Part shown: positions 11,810 through 24,894 of the stretch, piece by piece
Numbering within the stretch: the first letter of the stretch is position 1
Layout of the letters: each line of letters opens with the position of its first letter
NCBI RefSeq assembly: GCF_006345805.1
Contig: NC_043005.1
Location: forward strand, 97,774,001-97,838,000
Origin: Octopus sinensis
Taxonomy: Eukaryota
Direction: 5' to 3'
Length of the DNA: 64,000 nt
Position numbers and translations under genes: made by a program
The notes under the pieces: generated by a model
The model's database searches: none
Seen by the model: the letters and a program-made list of their open reading frames with translations, nothing else
What the model was told of the DNA's origin: nothing

Positions 11810-13410
11810 AAATGATAAAAATAAAACTGAAACGAAAACTATTGACAAAAACAACAGCAAACACAAGAACAACAATAAAAATGAACTATCTAATAGTGAA
11901 GATGCCAATACAAAAAAGTCAACAACAGTAAATTTCGCAGATATTCTTCGCCAGAAAAAAGGAGATTGTTACATTCACAAATGAAGAGCTCATAGAAACA
12001 AGAGCTCTCTTTACAACCCGTGGACAAGATTTAGTCCTGCATACACCTCAACATATAAAACAAGAAATTGAAAATAAGACAATTGTATATAAATTATTAG
12101 AAAAAACAAAAAACCAAATGAACAGATTACAAAAACTGATGTGGAGAAATGTTTAAAAAACATAATGAAAGAAAAAGAGTATATAAACTGGGGTCCCCAG
12201 TTTAACACAGTAGTGGTCCGCTTCCCTAACCAGGAAGTGGCAAAAGCTCACTCTACTGAGTCTCTGGGAAATGATGAAATCATCATGGTCCCTTATTATA
12301 AAAACCAGAGGGTGAGTAGAATTACTATCAGAAATGTACCCCCCGATATGCCGAAAAAATGGATAACAGGGGCAATCTGTTACCACTTGAAAAAGATCAA
12401 TATTCTAGAAACAGCCGTGTACCTAAACGACAATTGGGGTGGAAAAACAGTAGTTGTGACCATCCAGATTGAGGGGGCCTCTATCGAGAGCCTACCCGAC
12501 AAGATATACTTGGAGAATGGGCAATGCCTATATGTTATGGCAGAAGGCAAAACGCCTAGATGCTACAAATGTGGCAGCCCGAACATTTGATTGCCAAGTG
12601 CGATCTGGTACAGAAAAACAAGAAAGAACAATTCAGAAAACAAAATAAAATCCCTTTGTTGCCAACACCAACACCAACACACTCAATTATGGAACAACGC
12701 CAAGAAAAACAACAAACCCCAACAACATCACCAAGAAAAAACAGTACCAACACAATCACCGTTGACGTCACAACCAATTAACTTGTCGAATCTTCAAAAA
12801 ATCGACCCACACCCACACCCAGGACGACAATTAAAAAGACAGAAAACACTGACGAGAAGACAAATGCTACCCCTAACACCACAACAACACAAACACCGCA
12901 CAAAACATCAACAATTTATACAAGCATACATAGTGATCTGTTCTTTTTCCTCTACCCCATACTGATACCTCGGACGACGAAAGTTCGACGGAATGGCAAA
13001 TAGCCACAGGGGGGGTAAAAGAAAAAGATCCAAAAAATCCACCAAACAAGGAATTAAAGCAGGGAGATATCTCACTCAGGAAACATTCCCCTAGAAATCA
13101 AAAAAGTAATGAACCCGTAAAACCACACACACAACTAACTGCAATAGACACAGACAATAAAGAATAATGGACTATCAAATCTAACATGGTCGTCTGTGAA
13201 GATGATTTTAAGACAAACAATCATCCGCACACCACCACCGAAACACATCAGAATTTTACACATAACACAAGCACAACACCACATACTGAAAAACATATTT
13301 CGAATGCGGTAGGCGGGTATCACGATACCTGTCGAAAAAACTATACAAACACCTCATCAAAAACGATACAAAAGAAGAAGAAGAAAAAAATGAAACTTTT
13401 AAAATGAGTA
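11810..13410 (+). pseudogene. Tx1 ORF1 (gag-like, RRM-like region + zinc knuckle), frameshifted
   Basis: RITIRNVPPDMPKKWI and C-YK-C-GSP(E)-H-LIAK-C across a frameshift at ~12585; T/P/K-rich tail. Start position uncertain. Confidence 0.7.
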
Positions 13411-13472
13411 AGTGACCTCACTTCTTGCCTCTTGTCTCTTCTAATATAGTGTGTAAAACACAATTTTCGTAA

Positions 13473-16343
13473 ATGTCAAGTATGCTTAAATTAGGTTGTG
13501 TGAATGCGCGTGGCTTGGCGTCGGCTTGGAAGCAAGGTTACCTTCTAAACGACATCAAGTCACTGGACGTGGATATAGTAGCTATCAGTGAAACCAGACT
13601 CAGTAAGCCGCGGGCCCTTGAGTCCATTGGCAATCAATTTGACATTTATTTTTCTCCCTGTCTGCCGAACATGGGTGGTGGAGGTACTGCGGTGCTTTTT
13701 CGAAAGAGTCTAAAGGTAAAAGTAAGAGCAATATACCTAGACCCGGAGGGTAGGCTGGTTGTCTTGGACGTAGATGGCAGAAATGGGTGTGCATTCCGTC
13801 TGATGGCAGTTTATGCACCGTCCTTAACGGGTCGGGCGGATTTCTTCAGACGTCTAGAGGTTTTCCTGGGTACGTCTAGACCTTTACTGTTAGTAGGTTG
13901 ATTGGAACGCTACCTTGGACACGCATCTAGATCATGTGGGAAGGGATAGGAATAGAAGGGGGTGTAAGAGCCTCAAAGACCTGCTCAGACGTTTCCATTT
14001 GTCTGACAGTTCCGACTCGAGGCGCAGCGTGGCAACAGATCAACCATTCGGTCTCTAATAGATCAACAGGGATGCAGTTTACTCGAACCCGAAAGGATGT
14101 GTGAGGCCTTTCAACAGCACTTTGCTCGACTGTTTGGTGCGAGTGGTGGGTCGGAACGAGGGATGGATTTCAGTGCCTACCTGACCGACCTGCCGCGGCT
14201 CTCGGCAAGAGAGGCGGATGTTGTGAAAGTCCCATCACAGCCGCTGACGTGTGGGATGCGATGGCGGGCTGCGCGAGGGATAAGTCGCCTGGATTGGATG
14301 GTTTACCCTACGAGCTGTATTGTCAATGCCAGACTTGTTTGGCGACCTCTTGGCATCAGTCTACTGCAACTGGCAACAAAACGGGAGAATCCCCGGTTTC
14401 GTGAGCCGAGGTGCAGTGACGTTGCTGAAGAAAGACTCAAACAAGGGGAATTTTATATAATTTCAGGCCCATCACTCTGCTCAACGCAGATTTGAAAATT
14501 TGGGCCAAAGTAATAGCCGAGAGGTTGGCGCTTGTCATTGGTAAACTGGTCGACAGGGCGCAAACATGCGCCGTGCCGGGCAGAACCATACATGACAACC
14601 TCCATCTGATGCGCTACATTGTGGACAGGGTAGTTAAGGATCCTGGCATGGGTGGGGCGCTGATAAATTTGGATCAGTCTAAAGCCTTCGATAGGGTCGA
14701 CCATCGGTACTTGGCAGCCATCCTCAGGGCGGCTGGCTTCGGTCCCGTCTTCCGCGGTTGGATCGCTGCCTTGTATAGCGGCATCCGATCGGTGATTCGG
14801 GTAAACGGTCACCTGTCTAAACCGTTTGACATCACGCGTTCGGTCCGTCAGGGGTTCCCCTGTCGGCGCTTCTGTATGTATTGACTCTCGAGCCGCTACT
14901 GCGGAAGCTGGCGACACTGAGGGGCATCCCACGGGAACTGGGTTGCGGGACGAGCGTGTCGGCATATGCGGACGATTTCACCGTCATAGTGTCGAGCTAC
15001 CAGCATATCGAGCTGGTCGGCGAGACACTAAGAAAATATGAACGGGTGACGGAAGCAAAGATTAACCCGGAAAAGTCAGTGGGTTTGCTACTCGGCACCT
15101 GGAGAAGCAAGCCCATGCCGTCCGACTGCGGCTCAGTAGTGGGACGCTGGACGGACGGACCGGTTAAATTGCTCGGGGTCTGGTTCAGTCCGGACCTCCA
15201 AATGGATAAGAACTGGGACGAGATCACGAGTAGAGTGGTCGCTCTCAGCCAAACATGGGCCGAGAGAAAGCTGTCTCTAAAAGGCCGGGCGGAGGTGGCG
15301 AACGCGTACATCGCATCCGTCATCGATTACCGCCGCTGACCGTCGTACCTTGTCCCGACGCCACCATCACCAAACTGGAACGCATACTCTTCCGCTTCCT
15401 GTGGAAGGGTGGCATTCCGATGGTGAGGAAGTCCATTTGCTGTCAACATCCGTTGAATGGAGGACTGGGCATGCCGTGGTTGATGATGCGCAGGCATGCG
15501 CTGAGACTGCGACATCTCTGGAAATTCATCGACGACGGTGAACAGGTGTGGGCGCCGTTTGTGAGGCGCGACTTCCCGCAGCTCGTCTCACTGACCGAAC
15601 TGCAAACGTGGATCAAAAGAGACCGAAACTGGGCGATTGGCACCGAGAGTGTCGCCAAGCTCTACAGCAGCTCTGCCGACCGGGGTCAAACTTGTGCAAC
15701 TTCCAAACGACTAAAGCGTTCTATAGAGGACTAGTGGAGGGGAGGTCCGACGACACACTCGGGGCAAACCTGGGCGTCGACGAGAAATCCTAACCCGCCT
15801 GTTCAGGACGACGTTCGGGCCGGGGCCTATGGATAACTTCTAGAAATCCCTGGCTTGGCAGTGCTATCGAGACGCACTACCTGTTCGAGAGAAGAGCTAC
15901 AGACACGGTTCGAAAACCATCACCGGACCGACCTGCCCGAGATGCGGTCAGAGCGACGAAACCGTTCTGCACGCACTCGTGCAGTGTCCAGATATTTCAG
16001 AGCTGTGGTCCTTCGTCGAACAGCTGTTGTCACGTGTAGGTCAGGCTCGCCTATCGGCCGAGTCTATCGTGAATATTGTTCCACCACCTTCCTTAAAACG
16101 GGAAGGGAAAACGGTTTTCGTTACGCTGATGGCTATGGCGAAAGAATTTGTGTGGTGGACGCGTTTGAAAGGACTGCAAACAAACATCTTCCTCTCTGGT
16201 CAGTCCTCGTCAACTTTTTCAAGTACCACTTGAAAAGGAGGATGAGAATAGAGAGGAAGGCTTTGTCGAACGAATGTTTTAATAAAAAGTGGGTAAAAGT
16301 GGCAAAAATGGTCAGTATGAAAGACGACACTATTTTAGCATAA
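13473..16343 (+). pseudogene. Tx1 ORF2 (APE endonuclease - RT - CCHC), frameshifted, with internal deletion
   Basis: LGCVNARGL, AISETRL, VYAP, GDWNA-like (APE); LLNADLKIWAKV, QTCAVPGRTIHDNL, LDQSKAFDRVDH, SVRQG, AYADD (RT); CPRC..ETVLHALVQC reconstructed across frames. Confidence 0.9.
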
Positions 16344-16650
16344 ATCTGTAACCAAAAGAGACAACGAGAGTAAGGCGACTTACTCATGTGTTCTTTTTCG
16401 AACTGTCTGAGGTGACCTTGGTCTTTTTTTGTAGGTTTTTCTTTCCAAGGCTACACCTAAACTGTGAACTTATATATATATATATAGTGCTTTTTTATAC
16501 ACCACACAACCCACAGATCTCTATTGATCAAAGGTTTTTTTTTTTTTTTTTTTTTTTGCCCCCCACCCACCCACCTCGAAAAGAAAAATTCTACATTGTA
16601 TTTCGTCCATTTTTATTCTGTGTTTAGCCCTGTGTGGCTACAATAAAAAG

Positions 16651-16651
<1 letters not shown>

Positions 16652-16708
<57 letters not shown>

Positions 16709-16725
16709 ATCTATCCATCTCTCTG

Positions 16726-16792
<67 letters not shown>

Positions 16793-16845
16793 CTCTATCT
16801 CTCTCTCCTCTCTCTATCTATCTATCTATCTATCTATCTATATAT
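16652..16845. repeat. (TATC)n microsatellite
   Basis: Begins right after the Tx1 AATAAAAAG end. Confidence 0.95.
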
Positions 16846-17384
16846 CTATATGTTGTAAATATGTGTTTGTGTGTTTGTGCATGTGAACGTGTATATGAAT
16901 GTGAAGATCTTTTGCTGATATATTTCTAAATGGATCATACCATATTTCCCTGTGCATAACATGACAAATTTAATGCAACAAAAAAAAAAAAAATTATGGC
17001 TATAATTAAAGCGTACCATCATACTTGTGAATTAAGAAAATAAATGCAGCAACAGGCTTCTGCAAGTGAAGACACTGACAACATTCGCCCTAAGACATCT
17101 AATAACTAAAGTATGTACTTCATTGCCTGTAGCTACAAACTGCAATATTCATGGCTTTTACATCCAATGACATATTTTAATTCTGTTAGGCTCAGAGGTG
17201 GTGAGTGGGATTTTATACTCTATTGTTTAAAAGTAATTATTTAATTTAAAAAAATAACAGCAAAAAGCAGGAACTCTACCTGTTTTAGTGATTTTTGCGT
17301 TTTATATTTTTTCCTTGTGTTTTATGTGTTTTAAAATTTGTGGTAATATAATGTTGATTTCTTAAAGAAAAAGACAATAGGTAT

Positions 17385-17500
17385 CCCTGTGTGGGTAAGA
17401 AGCTTGCTTCTCAACCATATGGTCTTGGGTTCAGTTCCACCGTGCAACACCTTGGGCAAATGTTTTCTGCTATAGCCCTGGATCAGCCAAAGCCTTAGAA
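17385..17500 (+). mobile_element. SINE family B head
   Basis: GGGTAAGAAGCTTGC...GGTTCAGTTCC...ACCTTGGGCAAATG...CCAAAGCCTT. Confidence 0.75.
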
Positions 17501-17545
17501 TCCTGTCCTGTGTATATATATATGTGTGTCTGTGTGTGTGGGTGG

Positions 17546-17715
17546 GGAGGCAGACTCATAAGTTCCTGGCTTTAAGTGTATTATGAAAGGCCTGGTTGGG
17601 GACCCAACATTTCAAGGACTGCTGCAATAAGGGTGGGGAATATGTTGAAAAAAATAACTGATTCTCTTGTATTTTCTTTTATCCAAAGCCAGGAACCTTT
17701 CAGCCCGACCCTCTT
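17546..17715. mobile_element. Mariner-like MITE
   Basis: Inverted ends GAGGCAGACTCATAAGTTCCTGGCTTT / AAAGCCAGGAACCTTTCAGCCCGACCCTC; second copy at 37356-37569. Confidence 0.7.
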
Positions 17716-17823
17716 GAATGTATATATATATACATGTACATACATACATACATACATATATATATATATAAACAAATTTAGTAGGGTACCCTATTTAATT
17801 TTATATATATATATATACTTATA

Positions 17824-18711
17824 CAGGGTGCGATGGGTAAATTGTCACCATTTTATATTTTTAGTTTCGTGCATGTGTCTTGTTTGTTTTTGATTTTGTC
17901 AACTACAAAGTATAGTAGGGGCAGTTGGGCATCTTTCTGTGAGAAAGACAGCACCATGATGCAATTCACTCTGCCAGAAATTTGGAAATGACATACTGTA
18001 CTGCTTGGCATTTACACTGGAGGCTCCAATATGAATATTTCAGTGTTTGGATGTCAATATGAGGACAGTGCAATCTGAAGACATATATTGAGAGTGATAA
18101 AACTCAAACATCCAGTCAGCATCATGGTGTTTGGAGTGATCACTAGTGATGATGACGTTATGCCTTCATTCATCTTCTCACTCGGCCTCAGCCTCAACAC
18201 AGAGGCCTACAGCAAGTGCCTGGAGGAGGTTATGCTGCCTTGGCTCAATAGGATGGCTGTTGAAAGACCCTAAGTCTGGCAACAGGACTCTGCACCATAT
18301 CACACAAGCAGGAGAACCCAGTCATGACTGTCAGACAATTTCTGAGACCACATCACCCCTATCATCTGACCACCTAACTCTCCAGACTGCAAACCCTTTG
18401 ATTATTATGTGTGGGGCACAGTTGAGCAAGAGACCAACAAAACTCCTTGCAACACTACAGATGAACTGAAGGCAAGGATTATGGCAGCATTCACCATATT
18501 AAACAAGGAGACCATCCAGAAGAGTTTCAGGAAATTCCGAAGTCATCTGGAGGCTGTGGTTGGAGCCAATGGCGATTTTATTGAATGAATTTATTCTTTA
18601 ATATTTCAAGATATTTTTATGTAATTCTAGTAAATATATCTGTTAAAATGAGATGTCAGTGTTATTTACATTTTTGCATAATTTAGATGACAGTTTATTC
18701 ACGGCACCCTG
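17824..18711 (+). mobile_element. Internally deleted Tc1/mariner DD37D (maT-type) transposon
   Basis: TIRs CAGGGTGCGATGGGTAAATTGTCA / TGACAGTTTATTCACGGCACCCTG; KHPVSIMVFGVITSDDDVMP, WQQDSAPYHTS..PPNSPDCKPFDYYVWG with about 37 residues between the catalytic Asps after frame repair. Confidence 0.88.
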
Positions 18712-18750
18712 TGAATATACACACATATATATATAAGTATATATATAGTG

Positions 18751-18784
<34 letters not shown>

Positions 18785-18814
18785 TGTGTTTGTTTTTGTG
18801 TTTGTCCTCCATCC

Positions 18815-18990
18815 TTGCTTGACAACTGGTATTTGTTTGTTTACATCCCTCTGACATAGCAGTTTGGTTAAAGAGTCTAATAGAAAAAGTACCAGACCTA
18901 AAAATATGTACTGAGGTAGATTTGTTCAACTAAACCATTCAAGGTGGCGCCCCAGCATGATCACAGTCCATTGACTGAAACATATAATAG
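18815..18990 (+). mobile_element. Decayed 3' half of SINE family B
   Basis: CTTGCTTGACAACTGG..TAGCAGTTTGGTTAAAGAG..CCCCAGCATGATCACAGTC. Confidence 0.65.
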
Positions 18991-19325
18991 ATAAAAGATG
19001 GCAGATATATTTGGTGGTTGTATTATATTTGAGACTGCAAAGTACTTAAGTAAATGCAGCAAAAATACTGAAACAAAACAAAAAATATAAAGAATGAAAA
19101 AACAATGCTTTAGGAATTAATTTCTTTGAGATACATGCGGCTACAGATACCACCTTACCATTTTCATCCACAGAAATCTTCAGAATTGCTGTGAATTAAT
19201 GATTAGCCTATTGGAAACCTATAACTAACGACATTATAGTTCAAAGATTACAATAGAAAAATAAATAAATAAATAAATGAATATGCATATATATATATAT
19301 TATATATATATATGTTAAACGATGA

Positions 19326-19358
<33 letters not shown>

Positions 19359-19763
19359 TAGATAGATAGATATAAGCCTGAAAAAGAGATTGGATGGTCA
19401 TGGCTGGAATGCCTTTGAACATATGTTTGGTCAATCAATGCTGACCTGAGGCTAAATGACAACAGTAACACCATCAGTTTACTGCTGTGAATGTCAGAAG
19501 CACTGCTTAATGAGTACATTAACGATGTGTTACTGAGTACAAACCAAGCTGTGAACCAGGATCAATAGAGAAGCACTTGCATTGCAGAGATTTTTTTCTT
19601 GCTATTTTTAGTCTTTGGACAACGGCCATGCTGGAGTACTGCCTTCGAGGGGTTTTTAGGTGATCATATCTGCCTTCAATATTTGTTTCGATCTTGTACT
19701 GTATTTTATCACTGTATTTATTGAATAGCCATGTACCAGTTTTACATTGGTAAATACCAACAG

Positions 19764-19812
<49 letters not shown>

Positions 19813-19972
19813 CAGAGAGAGACATACATACATTCATACATACATACATACATGCACACATACATACATGCATACATACATACATACATACATACATACA
19901 TACATACATACATACATACATAAATGCATGCATACATACATTCATACCTCCCCCCACACACATACACATGAC

Positions 19973-20105
19973 AAGCTTCTTTCAGTTTCTGTCTACCAAA
20001 TCTGCCCATAAGGTTTGTTCAACCTGGGGCTACAGTAGAAGACACTTCCCAAAGGTGCTACACAATGAGACTGAACCCAAAATAACATGGTTTGAAAGCA
20101 AGCCT
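19973..20105 (-). mobile_element. SINE family B head
   Basis: GCTTCTTTCAGTTTCTGTCTACCAAAT..GTAGAAGACACTTCCCAAAGGTGC..ACTGAACCC. Confidence 0.75.
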
Positions 20106-20461
20106 CTTGTTTACATATATACAATGTACGCATACAAAGGCATATGTTTGCACATACATTGATACATACACATACATACATGTATGAAGTAAGCTAAAGT
20201 CTGTTTCAAGCCAGTCAACCCTTTAGACCGGGGACAGTCCTAGTTTCCATGGTGGTGTTTAACTGACTGAGATTTCAAGCTCCCTCCAGCCACCACTGAA
20301 TGTGACATCAGTTCATCACTGAGTGACCCCCATTGGTTGCAACATGAAATGAAGTTCCCATAGTCTCTGGCAGTAGGATCAAACCTAGAACATTGTAGTT
20401 ACTGAGCAGATTTCCTGTGCTTCTTCAGTAATTCCTGAGTGTTGTGGTGTTTTAAATATAT

Positions 20462-20689
20462 ATTTCTTTATTGCCCACAAGTGGCTAAACATAGAGGGGC
20501 CAAACAAGGACAGACAAAGGGATTAAGTCGATTACATCGACCCCAGTGTGAAACTGAAACTTTATTTATCGACCCCGAAAGGATGAAAGGCAAAGTCAAC
20601 CTCTGCGGAATTTGAACTCAGAATGTAACGACAGATTAAATACCGCTAAGCATTTTGCCCTGCGTGCTAACGTGTCTGCCGGCTCACCA
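20462..20689 (-). mobile_element. SINE family A
   Basis: Same sequence as 493-726. Confidence 0.88.
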
Positions 20690-22599
20690 AGGTGGACTTG
20701 ATATTCATGAAAGATAAGAAAAAACTGTCATAATATGCAGTTTTTTTCATTTTTGACATCATAAATTTAATGAGCTCAAACTATAATGTAACTCTGAATT
20801 TGTTGAATTTGTTTTTGTCGCCAGTTCTAAACTTTTCTTTTTGAAAAACCCTTCAGTTTTTCTTTTCAGAACAATGGAAGAAATATGATTGTTTAAAGAA
20901 ACTAAATAGTACACTAGATAAACAAATGTATTTTCATTTTCAGTCCTTTCTGGCTATTCTTCTAATTCTCACTGATTCATTTCATCTAATCATCATCATA
21001 ACCATCGTTATTAAAGGCAGCAAGCTGGCAGAATCATTAGCAATTTAGTCAAAATTCTTAGTAGTATTTTATCTGTCTTTATATTCTGAGTTCACATTCC
21101 ACTTGCCTTTCATACTTCCACGGTCGATGTAGTTGACCTTCCACAAAATTTCAGGCTTCCTTATTCTGCTTTGTTACATGCTGTTGATGGTTTCTGGTGG
21201 GAAGGCTTTGATCTTGTATCACAATTAAGAATTCATCAATCCCAGCTTTGATTCCTGTGCTTCACATCCAGAGTTGTGATTTTTTTGCTTATCTATTTCA
21301 GCCATGTCCATCCCATTTTTGAGGTTCTTAGTTTCCTTGAAAAAAAAAAGAAAAAAAACCCAAACCACTCCCTGTTTTGTCTTTAATAGCTACGAGTATT
21401 ATTTCCCATTGAATATTTACTTCATATTTTTGTTGTTTCACTAGATACTTTATAAAAGTTTTATAGTTGCATAATATCCCTATCTCGTCTCACAGGTTTC
21501 ACGGTAAATATAACGTTTCTGTGATATTTTGGGTTAGTGTATTGTGAATACATTTATTATTTGTCTTGTATTATTGTCTAGTCTTGCTATTTCATTTACA
21601 TTTCAGTTAGATTATTATGACTATAGCTTATTACTGACAGGTAAAATATTGAGACCTATTACCATATCATTTTTGGCATTTAATTCTGTTTTAAGTATTA
21701 ATCCAAAACACTTGTAATATTTCTCCTAAATTTTCGCTTAATTTTAGTTTCTGTCGTGCATTACCTAGTTCTTATTGATTCCTAATTATTTGTATTTATT
21801 TGATCTAGATCCCTAATCTTTGTTTCTTCATCTAGCATTTTTGATTAAATTTCCTCTCATCAAGGTTATTTTGAAATTTTCTAAATTGAATTTCATATTA
21901 ATTTCTCTAGCAAATCCGTGTACTATCAGCAGTAGTGTTTTTAGTTGTTTATCATCTACCACATGCAACTTGAGGTTCTCCACATGCAAAAGATCATTGA
22001 TTGTACTTCATCATCATCATCATCATCATCATTTAGCATCCACTTTTCCATGCTTGCATGGGTTGGATGGAGTTTATTGAGGCAGATAGTTCTTCTACAA
22101 CTGGATGCCCCTCCTGATACCAAGCAAAGTTAGTATTTACTCCATGGCCAGACATGTATTGCAGATTATTGAAAATGAACGACACTGCTTGTATGACAGT
22201 GGTACTCATTTACAACTATTATGTAATGTCAAGACAAGGAGACATGAGCATACACACATTCACACACTTATATATCTATATATGAGCATAGGCTCGAAAC
22301 GTAAAAGACTTTTTCTATTTCTATTCCTGAGCGCTATACTAATACATTTGTTTGTACTCCACCTGCCTTTGTCTTTTGTTTATTTTCATAAACTTTCCCA
22401 TTATGTATATATATAATCAAAATAAGCAACAAGAATAACTTCAGTAATTACCGAATTTATTCTTGCTGCTTATTTTGATTATAATCACCCCATGGATTTA
22501 TACGGATAACACCATGCAAAATTCTGGTGCATCTAACTTAAGTACCATATTCATTTGAATCTAAATTTTGCTGAACTTATATATATATATGTGTGTATA

Positions 22600-22792
22600 T
22601 ACATAGAAAAAATAATAGCCAATACACTCTGTGAAGTGGTTGGTGTTAGGAAAGGCATCCAGCTGTGGAAAAATTTCCAAAACAGGTATTGTAACTATGT
22701 TTAGACCTCTGCCTTGTCTGTTCATGTCAAACTGTATGATCCATGCTAGCATGGGAAAAGTGACATTAAATGATGATGATGATAATAATGAT
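22600..22792 (+). mobile_element. RTE 3' tail copy
   Basis: GTGGTTGGTGTTAGGAAAGGCATCCAGCTG..CCATGCTAGCATGGGAAAAGTGACATTAAATGATGATG. Confidence 0.75.
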
Positions 22793-22811
22793 AATGATGA
22801 TTATGATATAC

Positions 22812-22975
22812 ATGATAAGTTTCTTTCTGTTTCCATCTACCAAATCCATTCACAAGGTTCTGGTTGGCTTTGGCTCAAGGCTATAGTAGGAAACACTTGC
22901 CCAAGATACCACACAGTAGGACTGAACCCGGATCCATGTGGCTGGGAGGTAAACTTCTTGACCACACAACCCTAT
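22812..22975 (-). mobile_element. SINE family B head
   Basis: TTTCCATCTACCAAATCCATTCACAAGG..ACACTTGCCCAAGATACC..ACTGAACCCGG. Confidence 0.75.
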
Positions 22976-23221
22976 AATGCATCTACACATTACTGGAGCA
23001 ACCTTACTCATGGCTTGTGTTTCTGGAATCTAGCGCATATTGGATCTCAAATCTAACATATGTGGAGAACATTGGTTAAAGCCTTCAGATTGTAAAAGCT
23101 TCTCCAGTTCTGGCTATGACTTTGTCAATTAGTAAATCATCTTTGTAGACACATGAGCTTTTGTATTGTCACATCTACTCTTCAGGAAGAAGATTGTGTG
23201 CTTTCAGTTATTTGTCTATTC

Positions 23222-23610
23222 TCATCATCATCATCATCATCATAATCGTTTAACGTCCGTTTTCCATGCTAGCATGGGTTGGACGGTTCGACCAAGATCT
23301 GAGAAGCCAAGGGGCTGCACTAGGCTCCAGTCTGATCTGGCAATGTTTCTACAGCTGGATGCCTTTCCTAATGCCAACCACTCTGTGAGTGTAGTGGGTG
23401 CTTTTTATGTGCCACCAGCACAGGTGCCAGGGGAGGCTGGCAGCAGCCACGATTGGTTGGTGCTTTTTACATGCCACCGGCACAGAAGCCACTCAAGGCG
23501 GCGCTGGCATCGGCCACGTTCAGATGGTGCTTTTTACGTGCAACCGGCACAGGTATCACAACTACAATCTCCATTTGATATTTATTCAAATGGAAATTGT
23601 AGTTGTGATA
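23222..23610 (-). mobile_element. RTE 3' UTR copy with three internal GGTGCTTTTTACGTGCCACCGGCAC modules
   Basis: Starts (CAT)n-CGTTTAACGTCCGTTTTCCATGCTAGCATGGG. Confidence 0.85.
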
Positions 23611-23630
23611 CCTATGATAATAAACTAGTT

Positions 23631-24420
23631 ATTGGGACCTGTGTCTGAACGTGTCAAAGTGCTGTCATCTGCCTGTCGGCTCCTCTCATGCAACTCAACT
23701 TGATTTTGAGCCGGGTCGTCTGCTGCTGGAGAGGACCGATCAGGTAAAGGACCTAGGTATCTTGGTGGATTCCTCCTTTTCGCCTTTGGCCCAGTGCGTC
23801 CATGCTGCCAACAAAGCACGCGGAATTCTGTTCTTGATTCGACGGTCATTCGGAATGCTCACAGCAGCCATATTCCTACCACTCTATGTCACGCTGGTGA
23901 GACCCATATTGGAGTATGGGATTCAAGCCTCTTCTCCTTATCTCCTCAAAGACATACAGCATCTCGAAAGAGCCCAGAAGCTGGCTACCCGCATGGTTCA
24001 TGGTCTCAAAAATTTGTCCTACGAAGAAAGGCTGAGGACGCTCGACCTTTATTCTCTTGAAAAACGCCGCCGCCGTGGTGATCTCATTCTCGCCCACAAC
24101 ATCATAAGCGGAAAGTGTAACCTCTCGAAAGAGCTGTTCTTCACTCCTGCTCCAGACCGTCGGCTGCGGGGTCATTCCGAAAAGCTCTACCTGCGACGAT
24201 TTCATCTCAACCGAAGGAGAGGTGCTTTCTCCGTCCGGGTTGCGGATCCGTGGAACAAGCTGCCAGACGAGATGGTGAAGATGCCGACGACCGCTTTGTT
24301 CAAAGCCTCCCTTGACCTCAAGTGGCCCGAACTCTTTACATGAACACCACCCTGTACCTAACTCCATGTCCCCCTACATGGCCTTGCTATTTGCTTTTGA
24401 GTCAAATTAACTAACTAACT
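23631..24420 (+). mobile_element. 5'-truncated CR1-type LINE with (CTAA)n tail and AACTAGTT TSD
   Basis: KDLGILVD..LYVTLVRPILEYG..LERAQKLATR..RRRRGDLI..RLRGHSEKL..FSVRVADPWNKLP; AACTAGTT at 23623-23630 and 24421-24428. Confidence 0.9.
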
Positions 24421-24894
24421 AACTAGTTAAGGTTTTATAAGCAATAGGAAGGCAGGTTTTTAGCTTTTAGGGTTTGCCATTTGTTTGGTCTTGAGGATTT
24501 GTATGGTTTTGCCCTCACTGAACCAGTCAGATGTTGTTAGTGACTTCACCAGTATCTTATTAAACGTCTCTGCCATTATCATAAGCGAACGTGTTTCATA
24601 TTTTAACTTGTAACTTATGACTTCCAATTGCATTTTTTTATATTTGCTTTTTACCAATTGACAGTATCATCTTTTCTCATCATATCTTCTTTCTTCTTCC
24701 TCCTCCTAACACCCCACCCCATCATCATCATCATCATATCATTTCACTTCTTCCTACTTTCAAGTCTGCCAAAACAAAAAAACAAAACAAAAAACAAAAA
24801 AAACAAAAAAGAAAAATATGACTCAATAAAGATTCTTTTAGATAATAGATGTATATTTCAAAAACACTTTTTTGACTTTTCAAAGACAGCTTCT

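Larger units (their letters stand above)
11344..16651 (+). mobile_element. Near-full-length Tx1-type L1-clade non-LTR retrotransposon
   Basis: ORF1 with CCHC knuckle; ORF2 with APE, RT and C-terminal zinc motif; AATAAA at 16642-16647; (TATC)n on both sides. Confidence 0.88.
21340..24640 (-). mobile_element. Fragmented R4/Dong-type LINE hosting nested RTE, SINE and CR1 insertions
   Basis: Colinear minus-strand peptides: AETFNKILV..DWFSEGKTIQILKT (24.5 kb), PEE..KDDLLIDKVI (23.1 kb), ETQAMSKVAPV (23.0 kb), DDKQLKTLL..HGF..INMKF and KTELNAKN..EIARLD (21.5-21.98 kb); all match the 59-61 kb element. Confidence 0.72.

Noticed and set aside
20850-20935. Strong acceptor TTTTTCTTTTCAG followed by a short open frame (EQWKKYDCLKK...)
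   Set aside because: Weak donor, no recognisable protein, no supporting neighbour exon.
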